A stretch of DNA of 41,203 bases from a virus (lineage: Duplodnaviria; Caudoviricetes). Below are positions 28,539 to 36,844 of the stretch, piece after piece. The DNA is taken from positions 1-41,203 of the IMG/VR virus record IMGVR_UViG_3300011415_000011; one strand, given 5' to 3'. The position numbers and the translations under genes were made by a program. The notes under the pieces were generated by a model. It did no database searches. It was given only the letters and a program-made list of their open reading frames with translations, and had not been told where the DNA came from. How positions within the stretch are numbered: the first letter of the stretch is position 1; each line of letters opens with the position of its first letter.

Positions 28539-29405
28539 ATGTTAAACGGATTATCCCTCTTTACTGGAATAGGTGGCTTAGATGTGGCTTTATCTGACTG
28601 GGTACGACCAATCGCCTACTGCGAAATCGACCCCTACTGTCAAGGAGTCTTGCTCTCTAGACAGGCGACATGCGATATCGGAATTGCACCAATCTGGGAT
28701 AATGTATCTACACTCTCTTGTGGACATTTCGACGTTGCAATTGACATCATCTATGGAGGATTTCCATGCCAAGGAATTAGCGTTGCAGGACTTGGAAAAG
28801 GCTTGGCGGACGAGAGAAGCGGACTATTCTTCGAGATTGTGCGTTTGGCCAAAGAAATCAAGCCCATTTTCATATTCCTTGAAAACGTGCCTGCCATCAC
28901 TAGGCGTGGGGGTTTGGAAGTCGTTAGAATCCTTGCCGAAATGGGGTATGATTGTAGATGGTGTGTTATTTCCGCTGCAAGCGTTGGAGCGTTACACCGT
29001 CGCGAGAGATGGTTCTTATTGGCTCACGCCAAGCACAATGGAGCATCTACCAGTGAGAACAGGGGAAGCGTTAAAGAAAAGCATGTGTCGGGGATCGACG
29101 AGCAAAAGAAAGACAGCAGGTCGACTCAACGAACAAGTTGCTTATCCACAGATGTGGCCGACACCAGCAGCGAGGGATTGGAAGGACAACGGCAAATCTC
29201 CTTCGGAAATGAAAAGGAAAAGCCCATCACTTCCAGCAATTGCCATCCGTTTGAATCCAGAGAGCATTGGCAAAAAACTGTGTCCAAAATGGATAAGTGT
29301 TCTCATGGGTTACCCTTCCATGTGGACAAAATTAGAGCCCTGGGCAATAGCGTATGTCCTCAGCAAGCGAAAGAAGCGTTCAAAATCTTAATGGGTTTAA
29401 ACTAA
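28539..29405 (+). CDS. dcm: C5 cytosine DNA methyltransferase, alpha-type subunit
   Basis: Motif I LFTGIGG, IV GGFPCQ, VI ENV, VIII HRRERWF and X RALGNSV; motif IX not evident. Confidence 0.92.
   Translation: MLNGLSLFTGIGGLDVALSDWVRPIAYCEIDPYCQGVLLSRQATCDIGIAPIWDNVSTLSCGHFDVAIDIIYGGFPCQGISVAGLGKGLADERSGLFFEIVRLAKEIKPIFIFLENVPAITRRGGLEVVRILAEMGYDCRWCVISAASVGALHRRERWFLLAHAKHNGASTSENRGSVKEKHVSGIDEQKKDSRSTQRTSCLSTDVADTSSEGLEGQRQISFGNEKEKPITSSNCHPFESREHWQKTVSKMDKCSHGLPFHVDKIRALGNSVCPQQAKEAFKILMGLN
28582..29391 (+). CDS. Overlapping +1-frame methyltransferase beta-type subunit (TRD-like repeats plus motif IX)
   Basis: YWLTPST and MWPTPAARDWKD, then KLCPKWISVLMGYP..WT; true start may be internal (e.g. 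ATG 28948). Confidence 0.65.
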   Translation: MWLYLTGYDQSPTAKSTPTVKESCSLDRRHAISELHQSGIMYLHSLVDISTLQLTSSMEDFHAKELALQDLEKAWRTREADYSSRLCVWPKKSSPFSYSLKTCLPSLGVGVWKSLESLPKWGMIVDGVLFPLQALERYTVARDGSYWLTPSTMEHLPVRTGEALKKSMCRGSTSKRKTAGRLNEQVAYPQMWPTPAARDWKDNGKSPSEMKRKSPSLPAIAIRLNPESIGKKLCPKWISVLMGYPSMWTKLEPWAIAYVLSKRKKRSKS

Positions 29406-29567
29406 TGATTGAGCTTACTATAACTCAATATACTACAATAATTATTTTATCGAGTTTTTTGTTAGGATTAGTGATCGCTTTTCTAGCTATAAATGCTTTT
29501 CAGGAATGGTAATGTTAAAACTATATAATCTTTGGATTTATATGTTGATAAAATTAAAGGATGAAAT

Positions 29568-29846
29568 ATGAGAAATAGAGAATGGTTAAAACATGCGATT
29601 GATACTACACAAAGAATTAAGGAATTAAAACAATGTAGTCCTCTAGGATATTATACAAGCCCAGAGGAATATATGGAAATTCTTGAGGATTTTACAAAGT
29701 TAATATTTCCACTAAATCAAGTTTCTGATGAAGCAGCGAATCAATTCCATGAAACAGAGAAAAGCTTTGAAAGATTCAAAAATAATCTATGTAAACATTG
29801 TGATATTTTATTGAAAGAATATGAGAAAGTTAAGGTTGATGAATAA
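29568..29846 (+). CDS. Hypothetical protein
   Basis: 92-aa ORF with SD AAGGA. Confidence 0.55.
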   Translation: MRNREWLKHAIDTTQRIKELKQCSPLGYYTSPEEYMEILEDFTKLIFPLNQVSDEAANQFHETEKSFERFKNNLCKHCDILLKEYEKVKVDE

Positions 29847-29961
29847 ACTATATAATATTTCAACTATTAACTTGGTAAAATTAAAATACCCTATCTGTAA
29901 TTAACTACAGGGCACAATTAATTAAATAAAGCAACATAATAAACATTATCAGACGTGATAT

Positions 29962-30225
29962 ATGAAAAGAAAATCAGATGAGTATTATAAAGAACTATCA
30001 TATGTAGATGAGCAGCAATGGCAAGCTATTAATGAAGATCTTACTAAGATGCGAAAAGAAATATTTGAACTTTATAGAAATGAACTTTCTGCTAAATATT
30101 CAGAAAAAGAAATACATATGGCACTAGCTTATTTTCTATGTACTCCTAGCATTACAATTTATTCAACACCATCTTATTTTCATATTCTGATTTGTTGTGA
30201 GTCAGCAAGAGAAAATTTAAAATAA
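29962..30225 (+). CDS. Hypothetical protein
   Basis: 87-aa ORF. Confidence 0.5.
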   Translation: MKRKSDEYYKELSYVDEQQWQAINEDLTKMRKEIFELYRNELSAKYSEKEIHMALAYFLCTPSITIYSTPSYFHILICCESARENLK

Positions 30226-30246
30226 TCAGGTTATCCGCGGTACAAT

Positions 30247-30447
30247 ATGTCAATAAAATCAGAAAAACCTATGATCTATGAATGCGACAAATGCAAATGC
30301 GAGATATTTGGAGGGTTTAACCCCACGGGATTTAGTTTTGATCATGGAGGTTTTAAAGGCGAATTATGCCGTCCATGTTATGAGGATTATTGGGCTCAAT
30401 TTAATAAAATAGAAAAACAATTTGTTGCTAATTTTTTTGCAGGTTAG
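30247..30447 (+). CDS. Small CxxC...CxxC zinc-finger protein
   Basis: ECDKC...ELCRPC; flanked by 24-bp direct repeats. Confidence 0.55.
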   Translation: MSIKSEKPMIYECDKCKCEIFGGFNPTGFSFDHGGFKGELCRPCYEDYWAQFNKIEKQFVANFFAG

Positions 30448-30511
30448 CCGCGGTACAGCATGTACACAAGTAAAAGCGAATTCTATCATTTTGGCATATT
30501 GCCACAAGCTA

Positions 30512-30709
30512 CTAAAAATATTTACGGACGGTAAAGTTTAATCGGTGCTTACAATCACAAGATTTAATTAAATCTCCTTCGCCTATTGACCTAGCCCCAC
30601 AAATATGGCATTCATATCTCCATTTTTCAGGTTTAAAAAGAGATTCAAGTTCAGGCATAGAACTATCTAATAAATTTGGGTTGCTAAATTCTTTAATTTC
30701 TTCATCCAT
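30512..30709 (-). CDS. Small Cys-containing protein
   Basis: CHICG...SCDC; SD AAGGA. Confidence 0.5.
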   Translation of the reverse strand: MDEEIKEFSNPNLLDSSMPELESLFKPEKWRYECHICGARSIGEGDLIKSCDCKHRLNFTVRKYF

Positions 30710-30852
30710 TTTCCTTATCCTTATCTAAATTATAAACTTTTATCAAAGCATTTTTAAATCGATCCCATGCAGGTGTTTTAATGTTTTCTGAAAAATATGG
30801 ATTTTTTTCTATTAATTTAGGCTCAGGGGATTTCATTTCTTCATCCATTTTT

Positions 30853-31083
30853 TTACTTCATTTCAAAATACATGTGCTTAACAAAGACAGCATCGACTTT
30901 CTCATATGCCGTTCTCACCCATTGGAATTCATATGTATTAGTTTTTTTTGATCTGTTTATTTTATATACCCAATATTTTCTTGCTAGCCAGTCGATAGGC
31001 ACTTCTTCGATATGATCCCATCCTTTATCATCGGTAAGATGGATCACAGTCTTTATAATTCTTATTCCTTCAACTCCATCCAT
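30853..31083 (-). CDS. Hypothetical protein
   Basis: 76-aa ORF divergent from the portal gene. Confidence 0.5.
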   Translation of the reverse strand: MDGVEGIRIIKTVIHLTDDKGWDHIEEVPIDWLARKYWVYKINRSKKTNTYEFQWVRTAYEKVDAVFVKHMYFEMK

Positions 31084-31104
31084 CTCTCTTTAATCTCTCT
31101 GTGA

Positions 31105-31133
31105 TTGCCATAATAAAGATTTTATTGTAACGT
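31105..31133 (+). promoter_or_regulatory. Sigma70-like promoter for the portal gene
   Basis: TTGCCA-N17-TAACGT. Confidence 0.45.
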
Positions 31134-31169
31134 ATCATTTTACAATATTTACTTCTTTGGGAGGCTTCT

Positions 31170-33302
31170 ATTTCTCTTAATTTAGCACCCTTTAATAATA
31201 ACATAGAGCCGAATGCGGGCAATATACGACAGTTCATGGATAACTTATACAGTAAGTTTATGCCTATCGAACAAGCACGTTGGAACCAAGCGAACATTGA
31301 TACTCTTTTCTATGCCGGAAATCAATCTTTCATCAATAGAAATTTCGCATTCTCACCGGGCATAACAACGCAACAATATTACTTTAACTTATGTCAGCAG
31401 CCTGTAAATATGGTAACAGGATATCAGAGGCAGCATAGGAAATCAATAACATATCAGGCAGCAGATGGCGCAGATCCACAGACTACGGATCAATATACGC
31501 GATTGATTATGAATGTAGCGCAGAAGGAAGGCCTTCATGAGCAATATTCTAAGTCGTGTGAGTTAGCTGCTATTGCTGGTATGAATCTTATGCAACCTTA
31601 TCTTGATTATACTGGAGATGACCCAGCTCAAGGACAATTAAAAATAAAAGTATGGGAATATAACTCGTTTCTCGTTGATCCGTTCTTTAGGCAGCCTGAT
31701 ATGAGTGACGCTCAGTTTGTGTGGTGTCAGGAATATATCAGCAAGCAGGAGGCGGAAGCCAGATTCCCTGATAAAACACAATCGATTCGTCCAATGGCAG
31801 GAACTCCACAGCGTTATGGTAGTTTCTATTTCTTGCCTGAAAACTATAATATGAATCGTAATGATTTAATGGTTATGAGTTATGTTTGGTATAAATGGCG
31901 GAAAAAAAGAAAGCGATTATATAGCTGTAAGAGGAATCAATTCTTTGATTATGCTGGTGGCGATGGGCAACTAGAACAGATTCTATATAGCATTGACGAT
32001 ATGGAAGAAGTATTGGTTGAATCTCCATGCTGGAAATTATGCGCTGTTTTAAATGATCAATTAATGTTTCAAGGTGATAATCCTCTGTGGAATGGTCCAG
32101 AATGCCCTTTTATTCCTAACTTTTGGAATTATGACCCACATATTCAACAGTATGAACTTAGATCACGATCGTTGATCTTTCCTATGCGGTCACCCCAATT
32201 CCTTTTCAATTATAAAGTAATAACTAATAACGATATCGCTGCTGCCACTATTAACGCGGGATGGAAGCGCAAGATCGGGGCTGTTGCCAATGAAGACAAT
32301 CTTAAGAAGGCTGGTCAAGGTTGGGATGTAATTATTAATGAAGGTTATGAGCTAACAGATTGCGAGAAGATCATTCCTAGTGCCGTTCCCGAGAGTGATT
32401 TGGCATTAGCTGAACAGATGAGCAGCTTAATATTTAAGACTAGTGGGATTGACCTGGAGAATTGGGCAGGTCAACAGGATAAGCAGGTTTCTAGTTTGAC
32501 ATTATTGATGAAGCAGGCAGCTAATTTGTTGCCATTTCAGAAGTATTTTGATCAGTGGGACATGGCTTTGAAACTTGTAGGTGAGCGATTGCTTCAGGTA
32601 GCACTTAATAATTGGAGTGCGGAAAAAGTGGCCTTAATGATTGGTGAAGAGCCTAGCCCGCATTTCTTTAGTAAGATATTTGCTAAATATCAGACTGTAG
32701 TTGAGGAAGGATTGCTGACAGCTACGCAGAAGAACATTCAGGCTCAGCAGATGTTAGATATTAACACAACATTTGGAAGGGAAGTAATTCCTGCTTCTAT
32801 GATCATCAAGGATATGAATATCCAAGGTAAAGCTGAGATTATGCAATATCTTCAGCAGCAAGAGCAACAGGCTTCAGCAGTTCAGGCTGAACAAACGAAT
32901 ATTCAGCATGCTTTTGAAGAAATGAAGATGAAAGAATTGATGGCGAAAATTCACAATCAATTAAGCCAGGCGAGAGAACGAGATGCACGCGCAGAAAGTA
33001 ATGTGGGATTATTTGAGGAAAGGATGTCAATGATATCTAAGAATCACGCGCTAGCAACTAAAGAAAAAATGGCTGCACTTGCTCAATTGCTAGAAACTAT
33101 ACAGAAGTTTGGCGAAGTTGAGACATTCCTTAAGTCAAATGATTTAGATTCAATTAAATTAGATGAAGAAGAAGTTGAGAAAGAATCACGTGCTAGTGTA
33201 GAACGTAGTGAAGCATCAAAGAAATTCCTTGAACAAATAATGAGTTCAGGTACAATGAATAATCAACAACAACAAGAGCCGCAAATGGCTCAAATGGGGT
33301 AA
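31170..33302 (+). CDS. Portal protein (P22-like), probable ATT start
   Basis: About 710 aa; NLCQQPVNMVTGYQRQHR, LVDPF..QPDMSDA and a Gln-rich helical barrel; frame is open upstream to ATT 31170, 5 nt after GGAGG. Confidence 0.88.
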   Translation: MSLNLAPFNNNIEPNAGNIRQFMDNLYSKFMPIEQARWNQANIDTLFYAGNQSFINRNFAFSPGITTQQYYFNLCQQPVNMVTGYQRQHRKSITYQAADGADPQTTDQYTRLIMNVAQKEGLHEQYSKSCELAAIAGMNLMQPYLDYTGDDPAQGQLKIKVWEYNSFLVDPFFRQPDMSDAQFVWCQEYISKQEAEARFPDKTQSIRPMAGTPQRYGSFYFLPENYNMNRNDLMVMSYVWYKWRKKRKRLYSCKRNQFFDYAGGDGQLEQILYSIDDMEEVLVESPCWKLCAVLNDQLMFQGDNPLWNGPECPFIPNFWNYDPHIQQYELRSRSLIFPMRSPQFLFNYKVITNNDIAAATINAGWKRKIGAVANEDNLKKAGQGWDVIINEGYELTDCEKIIPSAVPESDLALAEQMSSLIFKTSGIDLENWAGQQDKQVSSLTLLMKQAANLLPFQKYFDQWDMALKLVGERLLQVALNNWSAEKVALMIGEEPSPHFFSKIFAKYQTVVEEGLLTATQKNIQAQQMLDINTTFGREVIPASMIIKDMNIQGKAEIMQYLQQQEQQASAVQAEQTNIQHAFEEMKMKELMAKIHNQLSQARERDARAESNVGLFEERMSMISKNHALATKEKMAALAQLLETIQKFGEVETFLKSNDLDSIKLDEEEVEKESRASVERSEASKKFLEQIMSSGTMNNQQQQEPQMAQMG

Positions 33303-33303
33303 T

Positions 33304-33531
33304 ATGGCAGGCGGACAAAAGATCGACGATCATTCATTCTGGGCAGGCTCTAAGGGATCAGCTTCAGTATTTCCAGATGGTCCACATAAGGTAAAGATGG
33401 AATCTTCGGCTACTGGTGCAGGCGAAGTCATGGACTATCAAGATAAAACTGATAAGATCAAAAAATCTCAGGTTGATAGCGTTAAGCAAGTAAAGTCCCA
33501 TCAAGGTAGACTTCCTGAATGGCGTAATTAA
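33304..33531 (+). CDS. Small hypothetical head-module protein
   Basis: 75-aa ORF directly after the portal gene. Confidence 0.6.
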   Translation: MAGGQKIDDHSFWAGSKGSASVFPDGPHKVKMESSATGAGEVMDYQDKTDKIKKSQVDSVKQVKSHQGRLPEWRN

Positions 33532-33538
33532 TTATTAT

Positions 33539-33626
33539 GTTGCTTGGTGTTATGAAGCATAGCTTTGCCGAATTTAGCTGCGCAGCGGAGCAAAGAAGGG
33601 TAAGTTTAAATCTTACATGCAACCCA
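33539..33626 (+). ncRNA. Degenerate tRNA-like element
   Basis: GTTGC/GCAAC acceptor-like stem ending in CCA, T arm GTAAG-TTTAAAT-CTTAC, long anticodon-like arm CTTTGC...GCAAAG. Confidence 0.5.
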
Positions 33627-33644
33627 TATTAATAAGGAAACTCA

Positions 33645-33971
33645 ATGAAAAGCACAAAGACAGTCCAGTCTTACAAGAATACTGCTGCTGAAACCAATAG
33701 ATCTAGTCTAAAGCACGCTAATCGCGAGTTTGCTGATCCTATTCGCATTAAAGAGCAGAATCCTAAAGATAAGCCTATGGATAGCGTTAAATCTCCTTGG
33801 GATTTCCGTTGCCCTCAGTATGACCAAAGAAGCAGTAACTTTGTCAATGCAGGCACGCATTATGGTGTTGGACATAAACAACCTGTAGGCCATAAGGGTG
33901 ATCCTGTTCAAGTTGTGGATGTATTGCCACAGACAAGAAAGAATACATTGCAGGATGATGATTTAGGTTAA
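33645..33971 (+). CDS. Hypothetical head-module protein
   Basis: 108 aa with SD AAGGA. Confidence 0.6.
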   Translation: MKSTKTVQSYKNTAAETNRSSLKHANREFADPIRIKEQNPKDKPMDSVKSPWDFRCPQYDQRSSNFVNAGTHYGVGHKQPVGHKGDPVQVVDVLPQTRKNTLQDDDLG

Positions 33972-33976
33972 TATCA

Positions 33977-34174
33977 ATGATAATTCAAGAAACTTTTTAT
34001 ACAATTAGTGAATTCGAATTGCAATATTTGTGTCAAAGGATTGCTATTATGCAATCTGCCAATGGTTATAGCGACATTGAATTTGCAGTTCAATATAATG
34101 ATTTAATTAAATTTTTAATTGATAAGAAAAAAATAGGTTCTTTTGAATATTCTAGAAAATTGTTAAAAGAATGA
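33977..34174 (+). CDS. Hypothetical protein
   Basis: 65-aa ORF. Confidence 0.45.
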   Translation: MIIQETFYTISEFELQYLCQRIAIMQSANGYSDIEFAVQYNDLIKFLIDKKKIGSFEYSRKLLKE

Positions 34175-34341
34175 AGAAGATCAAACCAAATAAACCAGCC
34201 CGTTCATCGAATGGTAGCAATAGCATGGTTAACCATTTTGGATCAGGTATAAAGAATCCTGTCGGAACCATTCGAGACGTTATGGGCATTACTAATGTCA
34301 AAGCTAAGAATCTTGGCAAACCTCCGAAAAGTCTTGCGTAG
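34171..34341 (+). CDS. Small basic protein (56 aa)
   Basis: Translated by hand: MKKIKPNKPARSS...GSGIKNPVGTIRD...GKPPKSLA; ATGA coupling. Confidence 0.55.
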   Translation: MKKIKPNKPARSSNGSNSMVNHFGSGIKNPVGTIRDVMGITNVKAKNLGKPPKSLA

Positions 34342-34843
34342 TTTTCTTGTGAAGTGCATTCATTAATTTATCTTGATCCATTTCCGAAGCAACTTTAATA
34401 TAAATATTTTTACATTGTTCATCTGATAAATCATCTGCAAATGGCTTTTCTAATTCAATGCGATGTTTTTCAAATTGATCAATGCTCCAAATTACTAAAT
34501 CATTCTGTGTAACATTTCCCTTCTTAAATTGTGCCCATTGTTCTCGTGGTGGTATCATCCAGCACATTTCTATATTATCACTCTTTGACTGTGCTCGAAA
34601 TAGATAAGAGTTTGTTTGGGCTTTTGGCTTAGTTAAACGGGGCTGCCAAATCATTCTTTTATTAACGCCATCCTCAGCAGTCCTTGGATGAGCAAATATG
34701 TATATGTATGGAGAATATTCTTGTAACCCAAGTGACAGGGGATTTTTCAACATACAATCTTGAGCACCTTGTGCAACATTTAGCGCTTGGTCTTTGTGAA
34801 GGTGTAGTAGGCGATCGTGTGTTTCAAGGCGATTAAGTTTCAT
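34304..34843 (-). CDS. Hypothetical protein
   Basis: 179 aa with SD GAGGT. Confidence 0.7.
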   Translation of the reverse strand: MKLNRLETHDRLLHLHKDQALNVAQGAQDCMLKNPLSLGLQEYSPYIYIFAHPRTAEDGVNKRMIWQPRLTKPKAQTNSYLFRAQSKSDNIEMCWMIPPREQWAQFKKGNVTQNDLVIWSIDQFEKHRIELEKPFADDLSDEQCKNIYIKVASEMDQDKLMNALHKKTTQDFSEVCQDS

Positions 34844-34977
34844 CTTTTACCTCTTTAGTATACCAATAGTCCCAATTTACAAAATAACCTTTACATTCTT
34901 CATCTATATAAAGTTTTAGTATCCCTTCGTCTATTCTCCAAATGTTGGAATATATTTCTAAAATATCGCTACCACTT

Positions 34978-35178
34978 TTAACACACATTATTTTCATTTT
35001 CTTTCTCTAGTTTTTCGATTGAGGAGACGATTTTTTCAATAAGAATTTCAAGTCCACCATTATTAATGGTTATGCCTTTGGTAAGTTCCATAACTTCTCT
35101 TAATGTCATATTTTCAATGTTTATTTCATTGCGTTTTTTTGATTCCATATAATTTTTATAAGCTTGATAAAGCGACAT
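34978..35178 (-). CDS. Hypothetical protein
   Basis: 66-aa ORF. Confidence 0.5.
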   Translation of the reverse strand: MSLYQAYKNYMESKKRNEINIENMTLREVMELTKGITINNGGLEILIEKIVSSIEKLEKENENNVC

Positions 35179-35181
35179 ATA

Positions 35182-35246
35182 TTGCCAATAATTAAATATT
35201 TATGTTTAATGTAAAAAAATCCAACCGCAGTCCTGCGTTAAGGGCA
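35182..35246 (+). promoter_or_regulatory. Scaffold promoter plus leader hairpin
   Basis: TTGCCA-N17-TTTAAT; hairpin CAGTCCTGCGTTAAGGGCA resembles one in the MCP leader. Confidence 0.55.
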
Positions 35247-35260
35247 GAAGGATACATTCT

Positions 35261-35926
35261 ATGTCAGTTTCAACACAAGAAAATCAAGCACAAAATGATA
35301 AGCCAAGCGATAAAGAGCTTAACTTCCGCGCACTAGAAGCGAAATACCAACGACAAGTTGAACAAGAACGTAATGCCAGGCTTGAGGCTGAGAAGAAAAA
35401 TGAAGAATTACAAGCTTATCGCCAAGCACAGTCAAAAGATGATGATGATGATATCAGTAGCGAGCCATATATTGACGAGAAAAGACTTGCTAAAAAGATG
35501 AATAAGTTCGGTCAAGCTACTCAGACAGAAATTAATAAGGCTATGGAGCAGGCTAAATATGCTGCTAAGGAAGAGTTAAAGCAGGAAATGTGGCTAGATA
35601 ACAATCCTGATTTCTATGATACATTGCAATTGGCCGAGAAATTCGCTCAGGAAGCCCCAGAATTAGCTAAAACTATATTAAGGATGCCTGAGGGGTTTGA
35701 GCGTCAAAAGCTCGTCTATCAGAATATAAAGCAACTTGGCATTGATAAGCCTAAGCAAAAAGAGGCAAGCATTCAGGATAAGATCGATGCTAATCGTAGG
35801 TCGCCATATTACCAGCCTAGTGGTGTAGGTACTTCGCCATATCAGTCGCAAAGTGACTTTAGCCCTAGTGGTCAGAAGCAAGCATATGCAAAGATGCAGG
35901 AACTTAAAGCGAGGCTTAGTATTTAA
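35261..35926 (+). CDS. Capsid scaffolding protein
   Basis: 221 aa, coiled-coil and charged, with a Pro/Ser-rich linker and terminal helix; upstream of MCP. Confidence 0.7.
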   Translation: MSVSTQENQAQNDKPSDKELNFRALEAKYQRQVEQERNARLEAEKKNEELQAYRQAQSKDDDDDISSEPYIDEKRLAKKMNKFGQATQTEINKAMEQAKYAAKEELKQEMWLDNNPDFYDTLQLAEKFAQEAPELAKTILRMPEGFERQKLVYQNIKQLGIDKPKQKEASIQDKIDANRRSPYYQPSGVGTSPYQSQSDFSPSGQKQAYAKMQELKARLSI

Positions 35927-36150
35927 TGAATTTAGATTGGATTGAATCAGAAAAAGAACTTCCTCAAGAGGATGGAACTTATGAAATATGCAATCATCCT
36001 GAAGCAGAAAATGACGGTATTCGTAGAGAAATGACAGCAACAGCGTATTATGATGGTTATGGTTTTCAATATTTAGGAATATACAGAAATCCTAAATATT
36101 GGAGAGACTATAAAAGATTAGAAAGAAAATATGGAAAACAGGTGAGTTAA
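35926..36150 (+). CDS. DUF551-like small protein
   Basis: WIESEKELPQEDG.Y...AYYDG...PKYWR. Confidence 0.6.
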   Translation: MNLDWIESEKELPQEDGTYEICNHPEAENDGIRREMTATAYYDGYGFQYLGIYRNPKYWRDYKRLERKYGKQVS

Positions 36151-36371
36151 TGCTTGAAGCTTACAGAAGATATATTACTTTCCATTCAAAAGAAGATAAT
36201 CCAAAAAGTGGAATGGTTTATTCAGTTGGAGAAGATGTTAAAGGTATTTCCGCTGGAGATATAATATTTCATTTCGATTATGCACCATTATGTATAGATG
36301 AAGATCTAGGTTACTTTGCAGTAAATCTAGAGCATGTTGTAGCTGTAGAAAAAAACATAAATAAAATGTAA
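36150..36371 (+). CDS. GroES-like protein lacking the mobile loop
   Basis: GMVYSVGEDVKGISAGDIIF..Y...YFAVNLEHVVAV follows the GroES G.V.AVG...V..GD.V.F..Y...DILAV pattern. Confidence 0.55.
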   Translation: MLEAYRRYITFHSKEDNPKSGMVYSVGEDVKGISAGDIIFHFDYAPLCIDEDLGYFAVNLEHVVAVEKNINKM

Positions 36372-36438
36372 AACTGCTTTACACGACGCGGTATTGTGTC
36401 AATTAAAATTTGACTTAATACTGCGTCGTAAATATATT
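36367..36438 (+). promoter_or_regulatory. MCP promoter overlapping an inverted repeat, with an adjacent palindromic operator
   Basis: TTGACT (36410)-N17-TATATT (36433); arms ACGACGCGGTATT/AATACTGCGTCGT; TGTAAA-N5-TTTACA at 36367. Confidence 0.65.
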
Positions 36439-36580
36439 GAAATTACGTCAGTCCTACGTCATGGACAATTCGCGTTAGAAAGCATCGCACCTTTCATCTG
36501 GATATGATCGAGAATAGATGTAGTTAGGTTCGTCTACCGATCTTCATATCAAAAATTAACCTCATGTTTTGAGGTCTCTA

Positions 36581-36844
36581 ATGTCGATCGCGACTACTGG
36601 CAATTTAGGGCCAATGATCTTGCAATCGCTCGCGCCTGCAATGTTATATGTTCCTACGCCAACAATGAATTACATTACTGTTTGTGACAAAGTAAGTATG
36701 CCAGCTAATGGCGGTACTACAATGCGTTTTATGCGCCCACGTGCGCTACAGCCACCTACTGTACAATTAGGAAATTCTGGTATTGATCCACCAGCCCAAG
36801 TGCCTCAAAGAGATATCATTGATGCACAAATGGCATTTTTCGGT
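36581..36844 (+). CDS. Major capsid protein (N4-gp56-like), exon 1 (88 codons)
   Basis: ATG after SD GAGGT; SMPANGGTTMRFMR...DIIDAQMAFFG. Confidence 0.85.

Noticed and set aside
25715-33302. Further mini-introns in terminase or portal
   Set aside because: Both frames are uninterrupted and of normal length; short in-frame inserts cannot be excluded without alignments.
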